Shown here: one piece after another, positions 18,131-27,576 of the stretch | How the letters are laid out: every line of letters starts with the position of its first letter | How positions within the stretch are numbered: position 1 is the stretch's first letter | The notes under the pieces: model-generated | What the model saw: only the letters and a program-made list of their open reading frames with translations | Database searches by the model: none | Told to the model about the DNA's origin: nothing | Made by a program: the position numbers and the translations under genes | Virus genome (UHGV): UHGV-1352645 | Strand: one strand, 5' to 3' | Length of the DNA stretch: 42,087 nt | From: a virus

Positions 18131-20875
18131 ATGCCAACCGTTCCGCAATATCAACGCCAGAGCCAGACGCAAACCGCGCCGGTGATGACGAGTAATCTTC
18201 GTGTGCCGGAAAATCCGCTGGTGCAGGGCATCCAGCAGGCTGCTGATACGTCGATCAATATGATGGCTGATGCAAAGCGCAAGGCTGATGTCGCGCTTAG
18301 CCAGGATGCTCTGCTGCAGTTTAATCAGTTCGGTGATGACCAGTTCAACAATCCTGACAATGGTCTGATAACGAAGCAGGGAAAGGCTGCGCTCGGGCAA
18401 AGCGATGTCGTCATGCAGAACATGCAGCAGAAAGCTCAGGACTTGCTGGGTACCGTGCCGGATGGCGAGGCCCGTCAGCAGTTATCTTTTCAATTGCAGC
18501 AGTCGATGCAGTCATTTCACAACCAGGCCCGCCGGTATGAGGTTGGCCAGTTCCAGCAATTTCAGGATCAGGCGTTTACTTCTGGAAACTCCCTAGCCGT
18601 AACTCAGTCCACCGATCTTTATAACGATAACCAGGCCTTCGTGGGTCTTGCCAAACAGCGTTTTGATGCTATTGATCAGTATGCTGATGCTCATGGCATG
18701 CCTGATGAATGGCGCGTGCAGCAGAAAACGCAGCTGAAGGAGCAGATGGGGCAATCGGCCTGGGTCGGAAACATTGCTCAAAAATACAGCGAATTACTTC
18801 AAACAAACGGCGAACCAGGAGATCTTGATGGTGTTGGCCGCGTTGTGGCTCACGGTAACTCTGGCGCAGCCAGGGGCCTGAGGAATAACAACCCCGGTAA
18901 TATTGAAGCAGGTTCAAACCCCTGGGAGGGGCAGACGGGGAGTGATGGCCGTTTTGCTACTTTTGCGACGCCCGAGCATGGGATCCGCGCGCTGGGTAAA
19001 AACCTGCTGTCGTACCAGCGCCAGGGATACGACACCGTGAGCGAGATCGTTAATCGTTGGGCGCCGGCCAGCGATGGCAATAACACCGATGCTTATATCA
19101 AGGCGCTGTGCAGCGCTCTTGGTGTGGGAGCTAATGACCCGCTTGATGTGTCCAACCCTAAAACCCTTGCAGCTTTGTGTGCCGGTATTGTTAAGCATGA
19201 AAATGGCAGTGTTCCATATAGTGCTGACCAGCTTGAAACTGGCGTGTCGGCTGCGCTCGGGTTAACTAACCTTGATTCACCAAAGCGCTATACGGGAAAT
19301 GCCGCTTTTGATGCTATGAGCCCTCAAATGCAAATGCAGGCATTGAGGCAGGCTAACGAGCTTAATAACCAGTACCGTCAGCAGTATGCTGAACAACTTA
19401 GCTCTGTAGTGAAGGATGCATATTCAGCTCTTGATGAGGGGCTTAGACCGGCTCAATTACCTTCTGAGGCTGATTTTATCCGGGCTAATGGCCCTCGCGT
19501 TGGGGCGTTGAAATGGCAAGATATGCAGGCGCAGATACAATATGGCGGCGTAATTGGTGCAGCTAAGGACCTTACCCCTGAAGGACGACAGGACATTCTT
19601 GAGCGACTTCGCCCACAGGATCCAAATGCTCCTGGCTTTGCAGCTAACCAGCAACGATGGGAGAAAATGCAGAGCAAATTTAAGCAAATGGATACAGAGT
19701 GGCAGGCACAACAGGGGCGCAACCGCTTAGTTTCATCCTTGCAAAATAACTTCCCCTTAGATCCTAACGACAAAAGTAACCAGGCAGCCGTGGACCATTA
19801 CTTTGCTCAGGATATTGCGCCTTCGTTTTCGATATCTGATCCGCAGAGCATCAATGCGCTGGCCACCGTCACAACTAAAAGCGGCATGATACCAACGCAG
19901 GTCAAAACTATGCTTAACAGCGGAGCAACCTCAAGAGATCCTGCACTGGTTGTTCCTATGGCAAAATTCTACGGCCAGTTATTCGATAATAACCCGGCGG
20001 CCGCGGCAACCCTTGATAAGGGAACGATGGCATTTTATGGGAAGGTTTACGATTATTCCCGCGCTGGAGTTCCGGAGGATAAGGCTGTGGACATGGCATA
20101 TAGCCAGGTATTCCAGCAGGATGACCGGATGAAACAGATGCTTTCCACTGCCATGCGAGACAAAAAATATGTCGCCGCACGGACAACTGCTGCACAAAAC
20201 AACGCCAGCAGCCTGACCTCATTTGGTTCTTGGTCTCCAGACATTACCGATCCAGGCAAATCAAATGCGGCCTATCAGCGTGATTACCAGACAATTTACG
20301 ATGCAAACTTTGCACAGACTGGTGGCGATGCAGACCAGGCTGAGAAAATGACCAACGCCATGATCAGAACCACATGGGGAGTTTCTACTATTAATGGTAG
20401 TGCAGAGGTTATGAAATATGCCCCAGAAGCGCTTTATGGGGTAAACAGTGGATCTGGTAACTGGATAGAAGGCCAATGGTATCAGGAGAAAAACGAGCTT
20501 AAAGCTAAAGCTTTTGGTGGTGCTCGTAGTGATACTGATTTGGTTATCGTTCCTGATGGTGTCACGCCAAGAGATAAAAGCTATGCGGTCATGGTGAGAC
20601 AGAAAAATCAGGACGGTTACGATGATGTCCGTCCGTATTATGGTGAGAATGGGCTTCCCGTTCGCTTCAAACCAGATCAGCAGACATCTCCGATGTACAG
20701 GCAAACCATGCAGTTCCAGCAGCAACGAGTCGATGAGGCTAGAGTGAAGCGAGAAGGAAATCCATTACCGCAGTTCAGTAACAATGAAGGCTATACGCCG
20801 CCAGATCTGACTAAGCCTTTTGGCTATGGTTCAGCCAATAACCTTCCTAGCAACATTTACGCAGGGGGCAAATAA
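18131..20875 (+). CDS. Internal virion protein C (T7 gp15-like) with an inserted putative cell-wall-binding or hydrolase-like segment
   Basis: 914 aa in the gp15 position. Segment aa 240-330 reads GNSGAARGLRNNNPGNIE...WEGQ...RFATFATPEHGIRA...WAP. Confidence 0.55.
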   Translation: MPTVPQYQRQSQTQTAPVMTSNLRVPENPLVQGIQQAADTSINMMADAKRKADVALSQDALLQFNQFGDDQFNNPDNGLITKQGKAALGQSDVVMQNMQQKAQDLLGTVPDGEARQQLSFQLQQSMQSFHNQARRYEVGQFQQFQDQAFTSGNSLAVTQSTDLYNDNQAFVGLAKQRFDAIDQYADAHGMPDEWRVQQKTQLKEQMGQSAWVGNIAQKYSELLQTNGEPGDLDGVGRVVAHGNSGAARGLRNNNPGNIEAGSNPWEGQTGSDGRFATFATPEHGIRALGKNLLSYQRQGYDTVSEIVNRWAPASDGNNTDAYIKALCSALGVGANDPLDVSNPKTLAALCAGIVKHENGSVPYSADQLETGVSAALGLTNLDSPKRYTGNAAFDAMSPQMQMQALRQANELNNQYRQQYAEQLSSVVKDAYSALDEGLRPAQLPSEADFIRANGPRVGALKWQDMQAQIQYGGVIGAAKDLTPEGRQDILERLRPQDPNAPGFAANQQRWEKMQSKFKQMDTEWQAQQGRNRLVSSLQNNFPLDPNDKSNQAAVDHYFAQDIAPSFSISDPQSINALATVTTKSGMIPTQVKTMLNSGATSRDPALVVPMAKFYGQLFDNNPAAAATLDKGTMAFYGKVYDYSRAGVPEDKAVDMAYSQVFQQDDRMKQMLSTAMRDKKYVAARTTAAQNNASSLTSFGSWSPDITDPGKSNAAYQRDYQTIYDANFAQTGGDADQAEKMTNAMIRTTWGVSTINGSAEVMKYAPEALYGVNSGSGNWIEGQWYQEKNELKAKAFGGARSDTDLVIVPDGVTPRDKSYAVMVRQKNQDGYDDVRPYYGENGLPVRFKPDQQTSPMYRQTMQFQQQRVDEARVKREGNPLPQFSNNEGYTPPDLTKPFGYGSANNLPSNIYAGGK

Positions 20876-23800
20876 TGCCGACGTATGAACAGGATCCGAA
20901 AGAGTTGCTTGGCGAGGACATTCAGCAGATAGCCACGCCAGATGACAGCGATTTTTATATGGAAACGCCTTCTTTGCTCTCTGCCGTAAATCCATTTACC
21001 AGCGATCAGCGCATTCAGCAATCCAGGCAAGCAGCTTTCCGCATAGATAACTCCCTGGGTAGTTTTATCGCCAGCGCTCCGTTCAGCCAGTTTGACCGAG
21101 TTGACGGCTATAACCCGTTTGATAATGATGCCGCAGATATTAAAGGCTATGAGGACTTTGCTGATTCATTTATCAACTCCGGATCGCCAGAGGAAACTCT
21201 TGCTATTAAGCACCGCATAGATCAGCAGAAGGCGGACAGGGAATATCTATCCGAGGTCGGAGGCGCAGGAACGATTTCAAGTCTGGCAATGGGAATGATT
21301 GATCCGGTTAACGTCGCTGCGATGTTCATTCCAGCCGGAGCCGTGGCCCGCGGCGGGAGCATAGCAGAAACAGCTGGGCGCTTTGCCTTAGCTAACGCCG
21401 CAGGCGGAGTTGCGTCAGAAGCGTCATTGCAGGCGACGCAGGAAACAAGATCGGCGATGGAGAGCATTTCAAACGTAGCGGTTGATGCGCTTGTTGGCGG
21501 TATTCTTGGCGCTGGCGCACAGGTTCTTGCAGGGCCCGCTCAGCGCTCCGCTGTTGCTAATGCCATTGGTGAAAATTTGCGGGGCATGGACTCTCCGCAG
21601 AGCATTGGCGCCGCGCAGGTGTTCAATACGACGCTAGATCAGGAGCAACTAGCTGGGCTTGGTCTCGCAAATAAAACACTCAGCGTCACGCCTGCTGGCC
21701 GGCTGGCTCAGTCTCCATCACTGGTTTCCCGACAGATAAACCAGCAACTGGCTGAGAATAACTATTTCTTTGCCAAAAATGACGAAGGCCTAGCTACATT
21801 TACGGCAGCAGAAACAAAGATTAAGCAATACGATGCCATGCTCTATAAGCAGATGGAAACCACCCGAGACGCTTATCAGCAGTACAGCAAGTCCGTCAGC
21901 GCCAGCGGTGCGAAGAGGATGAACTTTGTAGATTTCAATGAGGCTGTGGGCATGGCTATGCGCCGCGGCGATCAGAGTGATATTCCTGAAGTGGCGCAGG
22001 CGGCCACCAGTATTCGACCTATTTTCGAGAGCACAAAAGCCCGTATGCAGGAGCTTGGGATCCTTCCGGAAGATGTCGATGTTGTGACGGCACAAAGCTA
22101 TCTTCCACGTATTTATAAATTCGATAAGATACTTTCAGACCGCACTGAATTCAGGGGGAGGATAGCCAACTGGATACAGGGTATTAGTGCTAAAGGAGCT
22201 GATAAAGCCGGGCAGAGAATTGAAAAGATAAATGCAGGTCTGAAAAATGCGGAGGAATCAGCGCCGCGCGCTGAGGCCCTGGCGAGTGATATCGCCGAAG
22301 CCGAGAAATGGTCCGGGAAAAAAATCCTACTAATGGAAGAGCTGGATAAACGCAATAAGCTCATATCTCAGGAAGCTGACACACAGGCGCGCCTTACCAG
22401 AATAGAAAAACAATTGGCTGATACTTCATCAGAAAGACTTCAGGCCAGAATGATGAAAGAAAGCTCTGATCTTAAAACACGGCTTGATGATATAGCCCAG
22501 GCTAAAGAAGAACTTCCGGTCTATCAGCGCCATATGGAGTTGCTGGATAACCCACGGAAATACCGTTCTGAGCTTCGCCGACTGCAAAAACGGGCAAATT
22601 CAACTATAAGGCTGAATGCAAGCCGCGAGCGGGCTCTAAAGCAGATGGAACCTCTATCCCGAGAGGAAGCAGAGGACGCTGCTGACGAGATCGTGAATAA
22701 AATAATCGGCGCACCTTCCGGACTTGTTCCTGCAGATATTATCCCAGAGAGACTCGTTGGTCGGGCTGGTTTCACCAAAAGCCGAACTCTGCTTATTCCC
22801 GATGAACATATAGAGGATTTCCTGGAGTCAGACGTCAATCACATCATGGAAAGCTACCTCAGGCAGGTGGCTCCGGAAATCGAACTGACAGCGCAGTTCG
22901 GCCGTAAAGACATGGGGGATCAGATTCGCCAGGTTAGCGAAGAATATACGCGGCTGATCAAAGAGGCGAAAACGCCTAAACAACGTGCAGCGCTTGAAAA
23001 ACAACGCGAAGCAGATATCAGGGATATAACTGCAATGCGCGACCGCCTTCTAGGCACCTACGGCGCCCCGCAGGATCCTCGCAGTTTCTTCGTTCGGGCC
23101 GGGCGGGTTGCAAGGAATGTTAACTTCCTTCGCCTGCTTGGCGGCATGACCGTCGCCGCGGCCACCGATCTGATGCGGCCGATGATGCAGCATGGTCTGC
23201 GTAAATCTCTCGGTCCTATGGCCAGCATGCTAAGGAACATGGATGCCGTAAAGATCGCCACAAAAGACCTGCGCGAAATGTCTGTTGGCCTGGAGTACGT
23301 TCTTTCAACGCGAACCAAAGCTATTGCCGACCTGACCGATCCCTACAGCCGGCGCACTGCATTCGAGCGCGGTCTTAACTGGATGACGCAAAAGTTTGGG
23401 AACTGGACATTGATGAACCAGTGGAACAGCGTGCTTAAATCGTGGTCAGGAATGATTGTGCAGTCGAGGATACTTGATGCGGCTCGGCAGATATCCAGCG
23501 GCGGCGAGATAGCCAAAACCGAATTACGCAAGATGGCGCAGGTTGGTATCAATGAGGATATGCTGCGGCGCATCGGTGAGCAGTTCGGTAAGCACGGCGA
23601 GGATATGGATGGACTTCTAACCGGCCACAGCCACTTGTGGGACGATCGTCACGTTAGGGAGATATTCCAGGCCGCGGTGCTGAAGGATGTCGATTCGGTG
23701 ATTGTAACCCCTGGCGTGGGCGATACGCCGCTGTTCTTCAGTAAAGAGGGGTGGAAACTGATCACCCAGTTCAAAACGTTTATCTTTGCTCAGCACAATC

Positions 23801-24264
23801 GCGTACTGGTATCTGGTATTCAGCAGGGGGATGCATCATTCTATCTGGGCGCTCTGGGTACTGTCGCGCTCGGGTCTATGGTCTATATGATGAAGCAAAA
23901 GCTTAGCGGCCGCGATATCGACTACAGCTGGAATAACCTTGTGAAAGAGGGGATTGACCGTGGCGGTATGATTGGCTGGTTGTCTGAGCCACTGAATACC
24001 GTCGAGAACGTTAGCGGCGGCCGGTTTGGTCTTGGCGCGATGTTTGGTGCGCCGCCGGTATCCAGATTCCAAAGCCGCAATGCCATTGGTGCTATGCTGG
24101 GGCCGACCTTCGATCTCGGTGGTGATGCTGCAACGGTGGCTCATGGGGTACTGAACGGGGAATTTGACAGCCAGCAAACCCACGCGGTCCGTAAAATGCT
24201 ACCATTTCAGAATCTGTGGGCGATATCACCGTTACTAAACAAAGTTGAAGAGCAGATGAAATAG
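20875..24264 (+). CDS. Internal virion protein D (T7 gp16-like) apparently lacking the N-terminal lytic transglycosylase domain
   Basis: 1129 aa. Central and C-terminal regions resemble T7 gp16 (for example the glycine-rich C-terminus). No SLT-type E-S...GLMQ motif is seen at the N-terminus. Confidence 0.6.
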   Translation: MPTYEQDPKELLGEDIQQIATPDDSDFYMETPSLLSAVNPFTSDQRIQQSRQAAFRIDNSLGSFIASAPFSQFDRVDGYNPFDNDAADIKGYEDFADSFINSGSPEETLAIKHRIDQQKADREYLSEVGGAGTISSLAMGMIDPVNVAAMFIPAGAVARGGSIAETAGRFALANAAGGVASEASLQATQETRSAMESISNVAVDALVGGILGAGAQVLAGPAQRSAVANAIGENLRGMDSPQSIGAAQVFNTTLDQEQLAGLGLANKTLSVTPAGRLAQSPSLVSRQINQQLAENNYFFAKNDEGLATFTAAETKIKQYDAMLYKQMETTRDAYQQYSKSVSASGAKRMNFVDFNEAVGMAMRRGDQSDIPEVAQAATSIRPIFESTKARMQELGILPEDVDVVTAQSYLPRIYKFDKILSDRTEFRGRIANWIQGISAKGADKAGQRIEKINAGLKNAEESAPRAEALASDIAEAEKWSGKKILLMEELDKRNKLISQEADTQARLTRIEKQLADTSSERLQARMMKESSDLKTRLDDIAQAKEELPVYQRHMELLDNPRKYRSELRRLQKRANSTIRLNASRERALKQMEPLSREEAEDAADEIVNKIIGAPSGLVPADIIPERLVGRAGFTKSRTLLIPDEHIEDFLESDVNHIMESYLRQVAPEIELTAQFGRKDMGDQIRQVSEEYTRLIKEAKTPKQRAALEKQREADIRDITAMRDRLLGTYGAPQDPRSFFVRAGRVARNVNFLRLLGGMTVAAATDLMRPMMQHGLRKSLGPMASMLRNMDAVKIATKDLREMSVGLEYVLSTRTKAIADLTDPYSRRTAFERGLNWMTQKFGNWTLMNQWNSVLKSWSGMIVQSRILDAARQISSGGEIAKTELRKMAQVGINEDMLRRIGEQFGKHGEDMDGLLTGHSHLWDDRHVREIFQAAVLKDVDSVIVTPGVGDTPLFFSKEGWKLITQFKTFIFAQHNRVLVSGIQQGDASFYLGALGTVALGSMVYMMKQKLSGRDIDYSWNNLVKEGIDRGGMIGWLSEPLNTVENVSGGRFGLGAMFGAPPVSRFQSRNAIGAMLGPTFDLGGDAATVAHGVLNGEFDSQQTHAVRKMLPFQNLWAISPLLNKVEEQMK

Positions 24265-24705
24265 CTATTCACAGCTAGTGATGGCGTATGTGTCAAATAC
24301 ATTGCCATCACTAAATACATATCTATACTCAATTTCGCCACCAAGCCCAACAAATGCTCTTGTTTGCCTGTTAGTGCAAATGCTTGATTTTGAATAATTC
24401 TTCATTACACCCTTTAATTTACTTTCTAAATTTACATCTCCATTATAAATTTGTGATAAATATTCTTGGTTGTAATTTAAGCGTGCTACAAATAACAATT
24501 TGTTAAATATCGAATTTACTGAAATAATAGACATGTTATCATTCAATTTTATGGGAAGTGACTTGCCTGCTTCTGATGCAACTTTACTTGCATATGCGCA
24601 CATATCTTCCTTTATCAAATTTTTAAAGCATATGTCGTTTGCATAAGAAAAAATTGGTAATGTAAACAACAAAGTTGCTGTGATGGTGCAAACCAGCTTA
24701 ATCAT
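24265..24705 (-). CDS. Secreted moron protein with signal peptide (MIKLVCTITATLLFTLPIFSYA), function unknown
   Basis: Very AT-rich coding sequence unlike the rest of the phage. Predicted Sec signal and several cysteines. Confidence 0.45.
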   Translation of the reverse strand: MIKLVCTITATLLFTLPIFSYANDICFKNLIKEDMCAYASKVASEAGKSLPIKLNDNMSIISVNSIFNKLLFVARLNYNQEYLSQIYNGDVNLESKLKGVMKNYSKSSICTNRQTRAFVGLGGEIEYRYVFSDGNVFDTYAITSCE

Positions 24706-24717
24706 TTGGTGGCCTTT

Positions 24718-25167
24718 ATGTTCAAAAAGATGATAAACAGATTAATCGGCAAGAAGGAAGTTAGCAATACGGTGCAGCCACTTGTTTTTAAGGATAACCT
24801 AGCTGCATTCGAGTATGCCTGTAGTTATCTTGACACAAAGATATTAATGAACTCAGCGTTGCCGGCCATTATAATCCCAGGACCTGATGGGGATCAGCCT
24901 TACAGTACGCAATCCGGAGTCCAGAGAGCTATATTGCGCGTATGCTCTGATGACGGTGGGTTCACAGTAATCGCTGAATCGGCTTATGCCAACGGTCCAA
25001 AACTACAAATCGGAGATCTGGTCGCATGGATGCCGGTGCATCAGATTGAAGAGTTAAAGGACCAGGTAGATGATCCCCGCTTTGCCATTGTCGGATTTAT
25101 CTTGGGTACCCTTCATCCGGTTCTTTCGTCTAATGGATGGAAAGGGAAGGAGGCATTCAGGAAATAG
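24718..25167 (+). CDS. Hypothetical protein divergent from the secreted moron (track start TTG 24706)
   Basis: GGTGG Shine-Dalgarno, ATG at 24718. Only 12 bp separate the divergent starts. Confidence 0.4.
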   Translation: MFKKMINRLIGKKEVSNTVQPLVFKDNLAAFEYACSYLDTKILMNSALPAIIIPGPDGDQPYSTQSGVQRAILRVCSDDGGFTVIAESAYANGPKLQIGDLVAWMPVHQIEELKDQVDDPRFAIVGFILGTLHPVLSSNGWKGKEAFRK

Positions 25168-25179
25168 TCAGCAACAAAC

Positions 25180-25197
25180 AGGCCGCTTTCGCGGCCT
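25180..25197. terminator. Hairpin AGGCCGCTTTCGCGGCCT (bidirectional)
   Basis: Perfect 7-bp GC stem between the 24718..25167 (+) and 25204..25356 (-) genes. Confidence 0.4.
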
Positions 25198-25203
25198 TAA
25201 TTA

Positions 25204-25356
25204 TCACTGACCGCCGGGGCGGGAGTCAGCAGAACGTCCGCCACAGCGTGAGCCGTCAGCTGCGGTGTCATCAGGGTGCTGGCAGTTACCAGCGAAAGCC
25301 TGTGTAGCTGAACCCAGAGACAACAGAACAAACAGCACTGCGAATGCTTTTTTCAT
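25204..25356 (-). CDS. 50-aa secreted peptide (signal MKKAFAVLFVLLSLGSATQAFA)
   Basis: Below the ORF-track cutoff. Bracketed by two near-identical terminator hairpins. Confidence 0.3.
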   Translation of the reverse strand: MKKAFAVLFVLLSLGSATQAFAGNCQHPDDTAADGSRCGGRSADSRPGGQ

Positions 25357-25424
25357 TTTAACTTACCATGTGTAGACCACTTAACGTGGCCCGAACATTG
25401 TAGACCTGACCTCAGAATTCAGCC

Positions 25425-25450
25425 ATTAAAAAAGGCCGCTTGCGCGGCCT
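25425..25450 (-). terminator. Rho-independent terminator AGGCCGCGCAAGCGGCCT plus T6 on the minus strand, after the YafO-like gene
   Basis: Near-identical copy of the 25180-25197 hairpin, followed on the minus strand by TTTTTT. Confidence 0.55.
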
Positions 25451-25454
25451 ACAA

Positions 25455-25991
25455 CTAAATTAAGAAGTCAGGGTGCCAAATGCTTGCTTGCCTAGGCATG
25501 GACTGCAATCCTTTTAGGTTTAGTATCCTTTCACACTCTTTAATTAGCTTCACCATCTGAGCTTCTTCTGCTGCGACCCTATGCGCACTAGAAGGAGGGC
25601 CCCAAAAATCAAGGAGAAAACAATTACGCTCCGATGTAACAAAATAAATTAAATAAACATCACTAGTTGGAATAGTTTTCATTTTTTTTGTAGTCTGATC
25701 TATTTTACCAGACTCCCAGTTTTTCCAACAAGATTGAGTTCCACTCTCGCCATGCTCACTTGAGTAGTAATTTAGATCAACATGAACCTTTCGTAAGTGG
25801 TATGGTTTAACATCTGGTGGCCTACGAAATAAACTATCCTTCCCAAAGTGTGGATGATGCCCATATCGATAATGATCTTTAAATGAATCGACAAAGTCAC
25901 TTAATTGCGGATCCTTCCTGAATTGACCAGGGAGGATTAATCCCTGGTATTCATTCCGCATCGTCGAATAACTCCCCCTGCATTTCCTCAA
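25455..25991 (-). CDS. YafO-like toxin candidate (probable start ATG at 25961, 168 aa)
   Basis: Motifs FGKDSLF, HLRKVHVDL, YLIYFV and PPSSAH parallel E. coli YafO (FGRDALY, FERVAHIHL, HLVYCQ, PEPH). The ATG overlaps the upstream gene's stop (ATGCGGAATGA). AT-rich. Confidence 0.4.
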   Translation of the reverse strand: MRKCRGSYSTMRNEYQGLILPGQFRKDPQLSDFVDSFKDHYRYGHHPHFGKDSLFRRPPDVKPYHLRKVHVDLNYYSSEHGESGTQSCWKNWESGKIDQTTKKMKTIPTSDVYLIYFVTSERNCFLLDFWGPPSSAHRVAAEEAQMVKLIKECERILNLKGLQSMPRQASIWHPDFLI

Positions 25992-26466
25992 GGGTTCTGG
26001 AATACATACGATCAGATAGCGAAATAACTTGCTCTCTGGTCATGGATGGAAGTTTGCTATAAATAGGTTTTTCTACAAGAGAGCAACCTTTTAACGTCTT
26101 TAATCCGCCCTTTACATTACTGCTGTACTTCAATAACTGAATAAGCTTACCTTCTTCAACCGATAATTGAGCCACGGGCTCAAGATTATAATCCATTAAA
26201 CAAGATAAAGCTTTCATCTGAAGACTTTGGCGAATATCCTTGCGAGAAGGCTCCCTCGCATAAAAACCTGACATACCACGAAGTTTTTCCTTTCCAGATC
26301 CTAAATTAATCAACCTGACAAACTCGCCGTCAATTAATAAAACTTCGCCCACAACAGACTCAGTTGTCCTAGCAGCGCTTCCGGCAAGAGCTGCCCGGAT
26401 TCTATCTCGTCCGTCGTCTTTCTTTTGCGGTGCGGGAGGAGGCGGAAGAGGTTTTTTGGTGGACAT
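25951..26466 (-). CDS. 171-aa partner protein of the YafO-like toxin; no recognisable family (candidate antitoxin)
   Basis: Pro-rich N-terminus (KKPLPPPPAPQKK). Translationally coupled upstream partner with AT-rich codon usage. Confidence 0.4.
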   Translation of the reverse strand: MSTKKPLPPPPAPQKKDDGRDRIRAALAGSAARTTESVVGEVLLIDGEFVRLINLGSGKEKLRGMSGFYAREPSRKDIRQSLQMKALSCLMDYNLEPVAQLSVEEGKLIQLLKYSSNVKGGLKTLKGCSLVEKPIYSKLPSMTREQVISLSDRMYSRTLEEMQGELFDDAE

Positions 26467-26711
26467 AGTGACCTCCTTGAATTATCTGTTGGATGAACAT
26501 TGTACCTAAAGCATACACTGGCTGGCAAAAAAAACAGCAGTTGAAAGAAATAGTGAACATAATAATTCATATATGGATTGATTTTGTGTTTTAATACGCC
26601 ATATATTACCTTTGTGGTAAATTTACATCGCCTAAACCTTGTGCCATAGTGATCGGGCATCGGCAAAATCCGGTGCCGGGATTGGCGTCCCGGATTGCTA
26701 AACGGCGCACA

Positions 26712-26735
26712 ACACGCGCATTGCGTGTTTTTTTG
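26712..26735 (+). terminator. Terminator-like hairpin ACACGC-GCATT-GCGTGT plus T7 in the leader upstream of ant
   Basis: Inverted repeat plus T-run about 150 nt before the ant ATG. Confidence 0.35.
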
Positions 26736-26886
26736 TGCACGCGCTTTGTCGCACCTATCAATGGTGGGCTGGGCGGGGGTCCGAAAGGACGCCGGTATCC
26801 GTTTAGGCCGGTACGCCAACTCCGTTCAGTTCACCACCAGTAATTGGCGTTGCGGTGGTGATAACTCTACTAAGCGGGGTATCACA

Positions 26887-27576
26887 ATGAACACCAAACC
26901 TTCCATTTTCAACTTCGAATCCGACTCAGCTATTCGCGCCATTATGATCGATGGCAATCCTTGGTTTTTTGCATCCGATGTATGCCGCGCGATCGGCATC
27001 GCAAACCACCGTGATGCAGTTCGTAAACTTGATGATGACGAAAAGGGCGTCGGCTCAACCGACACCCTTGGCGGTGAGCAGGAATCAGTAATCATCTCCG
27101 AGTCCGGCCTCTACACTCTGATCCTCCGATGCCGCGATGCGGTGACGCCCGGCACAATCCCTTACCGCTTCCGCAAATGGGTAACAGGTGAAGTGCTGCC
27201 GCAGATCCGCAAGACCGGGCGCTACATCCGGGAAGAGTTATCGCCGGCGGACAAAGCCCGCATGCTGGCGCAGGAGATGACGAGCAACATGCTGCCGGCC
27301 ATCATGGACGCGCTGCAGATCGAGCAGAAGACTTACGATTACCCGCTGAAGCCCGGCTATCGTGAGCGCATTCATTGCCCTGATGGCGTGCGCGGCCTGG
27401 TGGATAAATCAATGCTGATGGACATGCTGCGCAAGATGGACGCCGACGGGCATGATGTGGCAGGCGCCGTAACGGAATTAACGGCAATGCTGAGTTACAT
27501 CACGGGGGTCAGTACCTGCCTGCGCGATATAGAGACGCACGCTCAGTATGTGATGGCTAAGGCCAATGGTTACTGA
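26887..27576 (+). CDS. ant: Antirepressor, Bro-N domain plus C-terminal domain (Ant)
   Basis: N-terminus has the Bro-N signature FNFESDSAIRAIMIDGNPWFFASDVCRAIG. ATG at 26887 (track ORF 26695 is an upstream extension). Confidence 0.7.
   Translation: MNTKPSIFNFESDSAIRAIMIDGNPWFFASDVCRAIGIANHRDAVRKLDDDEKGVGSTDTLGGEQESVIISESGLYTLILRCRDAVTPGTIPYRFRKWVTGEVLPQIRKTGRYIREELSPADKARMLAQEMTSNMLPAIMDALQIEQKTYDYPLKPGYRERIHCPDGVRGLVDKSMLMDMLRKMDADGHDVAGAVTELTAMLSYITGVSTCLRDIETHAQYVMAKANGY

Noticed and set aside
20261-20725. 154-aa antisense ORF inside the gp15-like gene
   Set aside because: Lies wholly within a strongly supported structural gene on the opposite strand and has no ribosome-binding site.
26334-26843. 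ORFs 26334..26819 (-) and 26649..26843 (+) in the ant leader
   Set aside because: Arg/Pro-rich translations in a GC-rich leader with no ribosome-binding sites. They overlap the better-supported gene 25951..26466.
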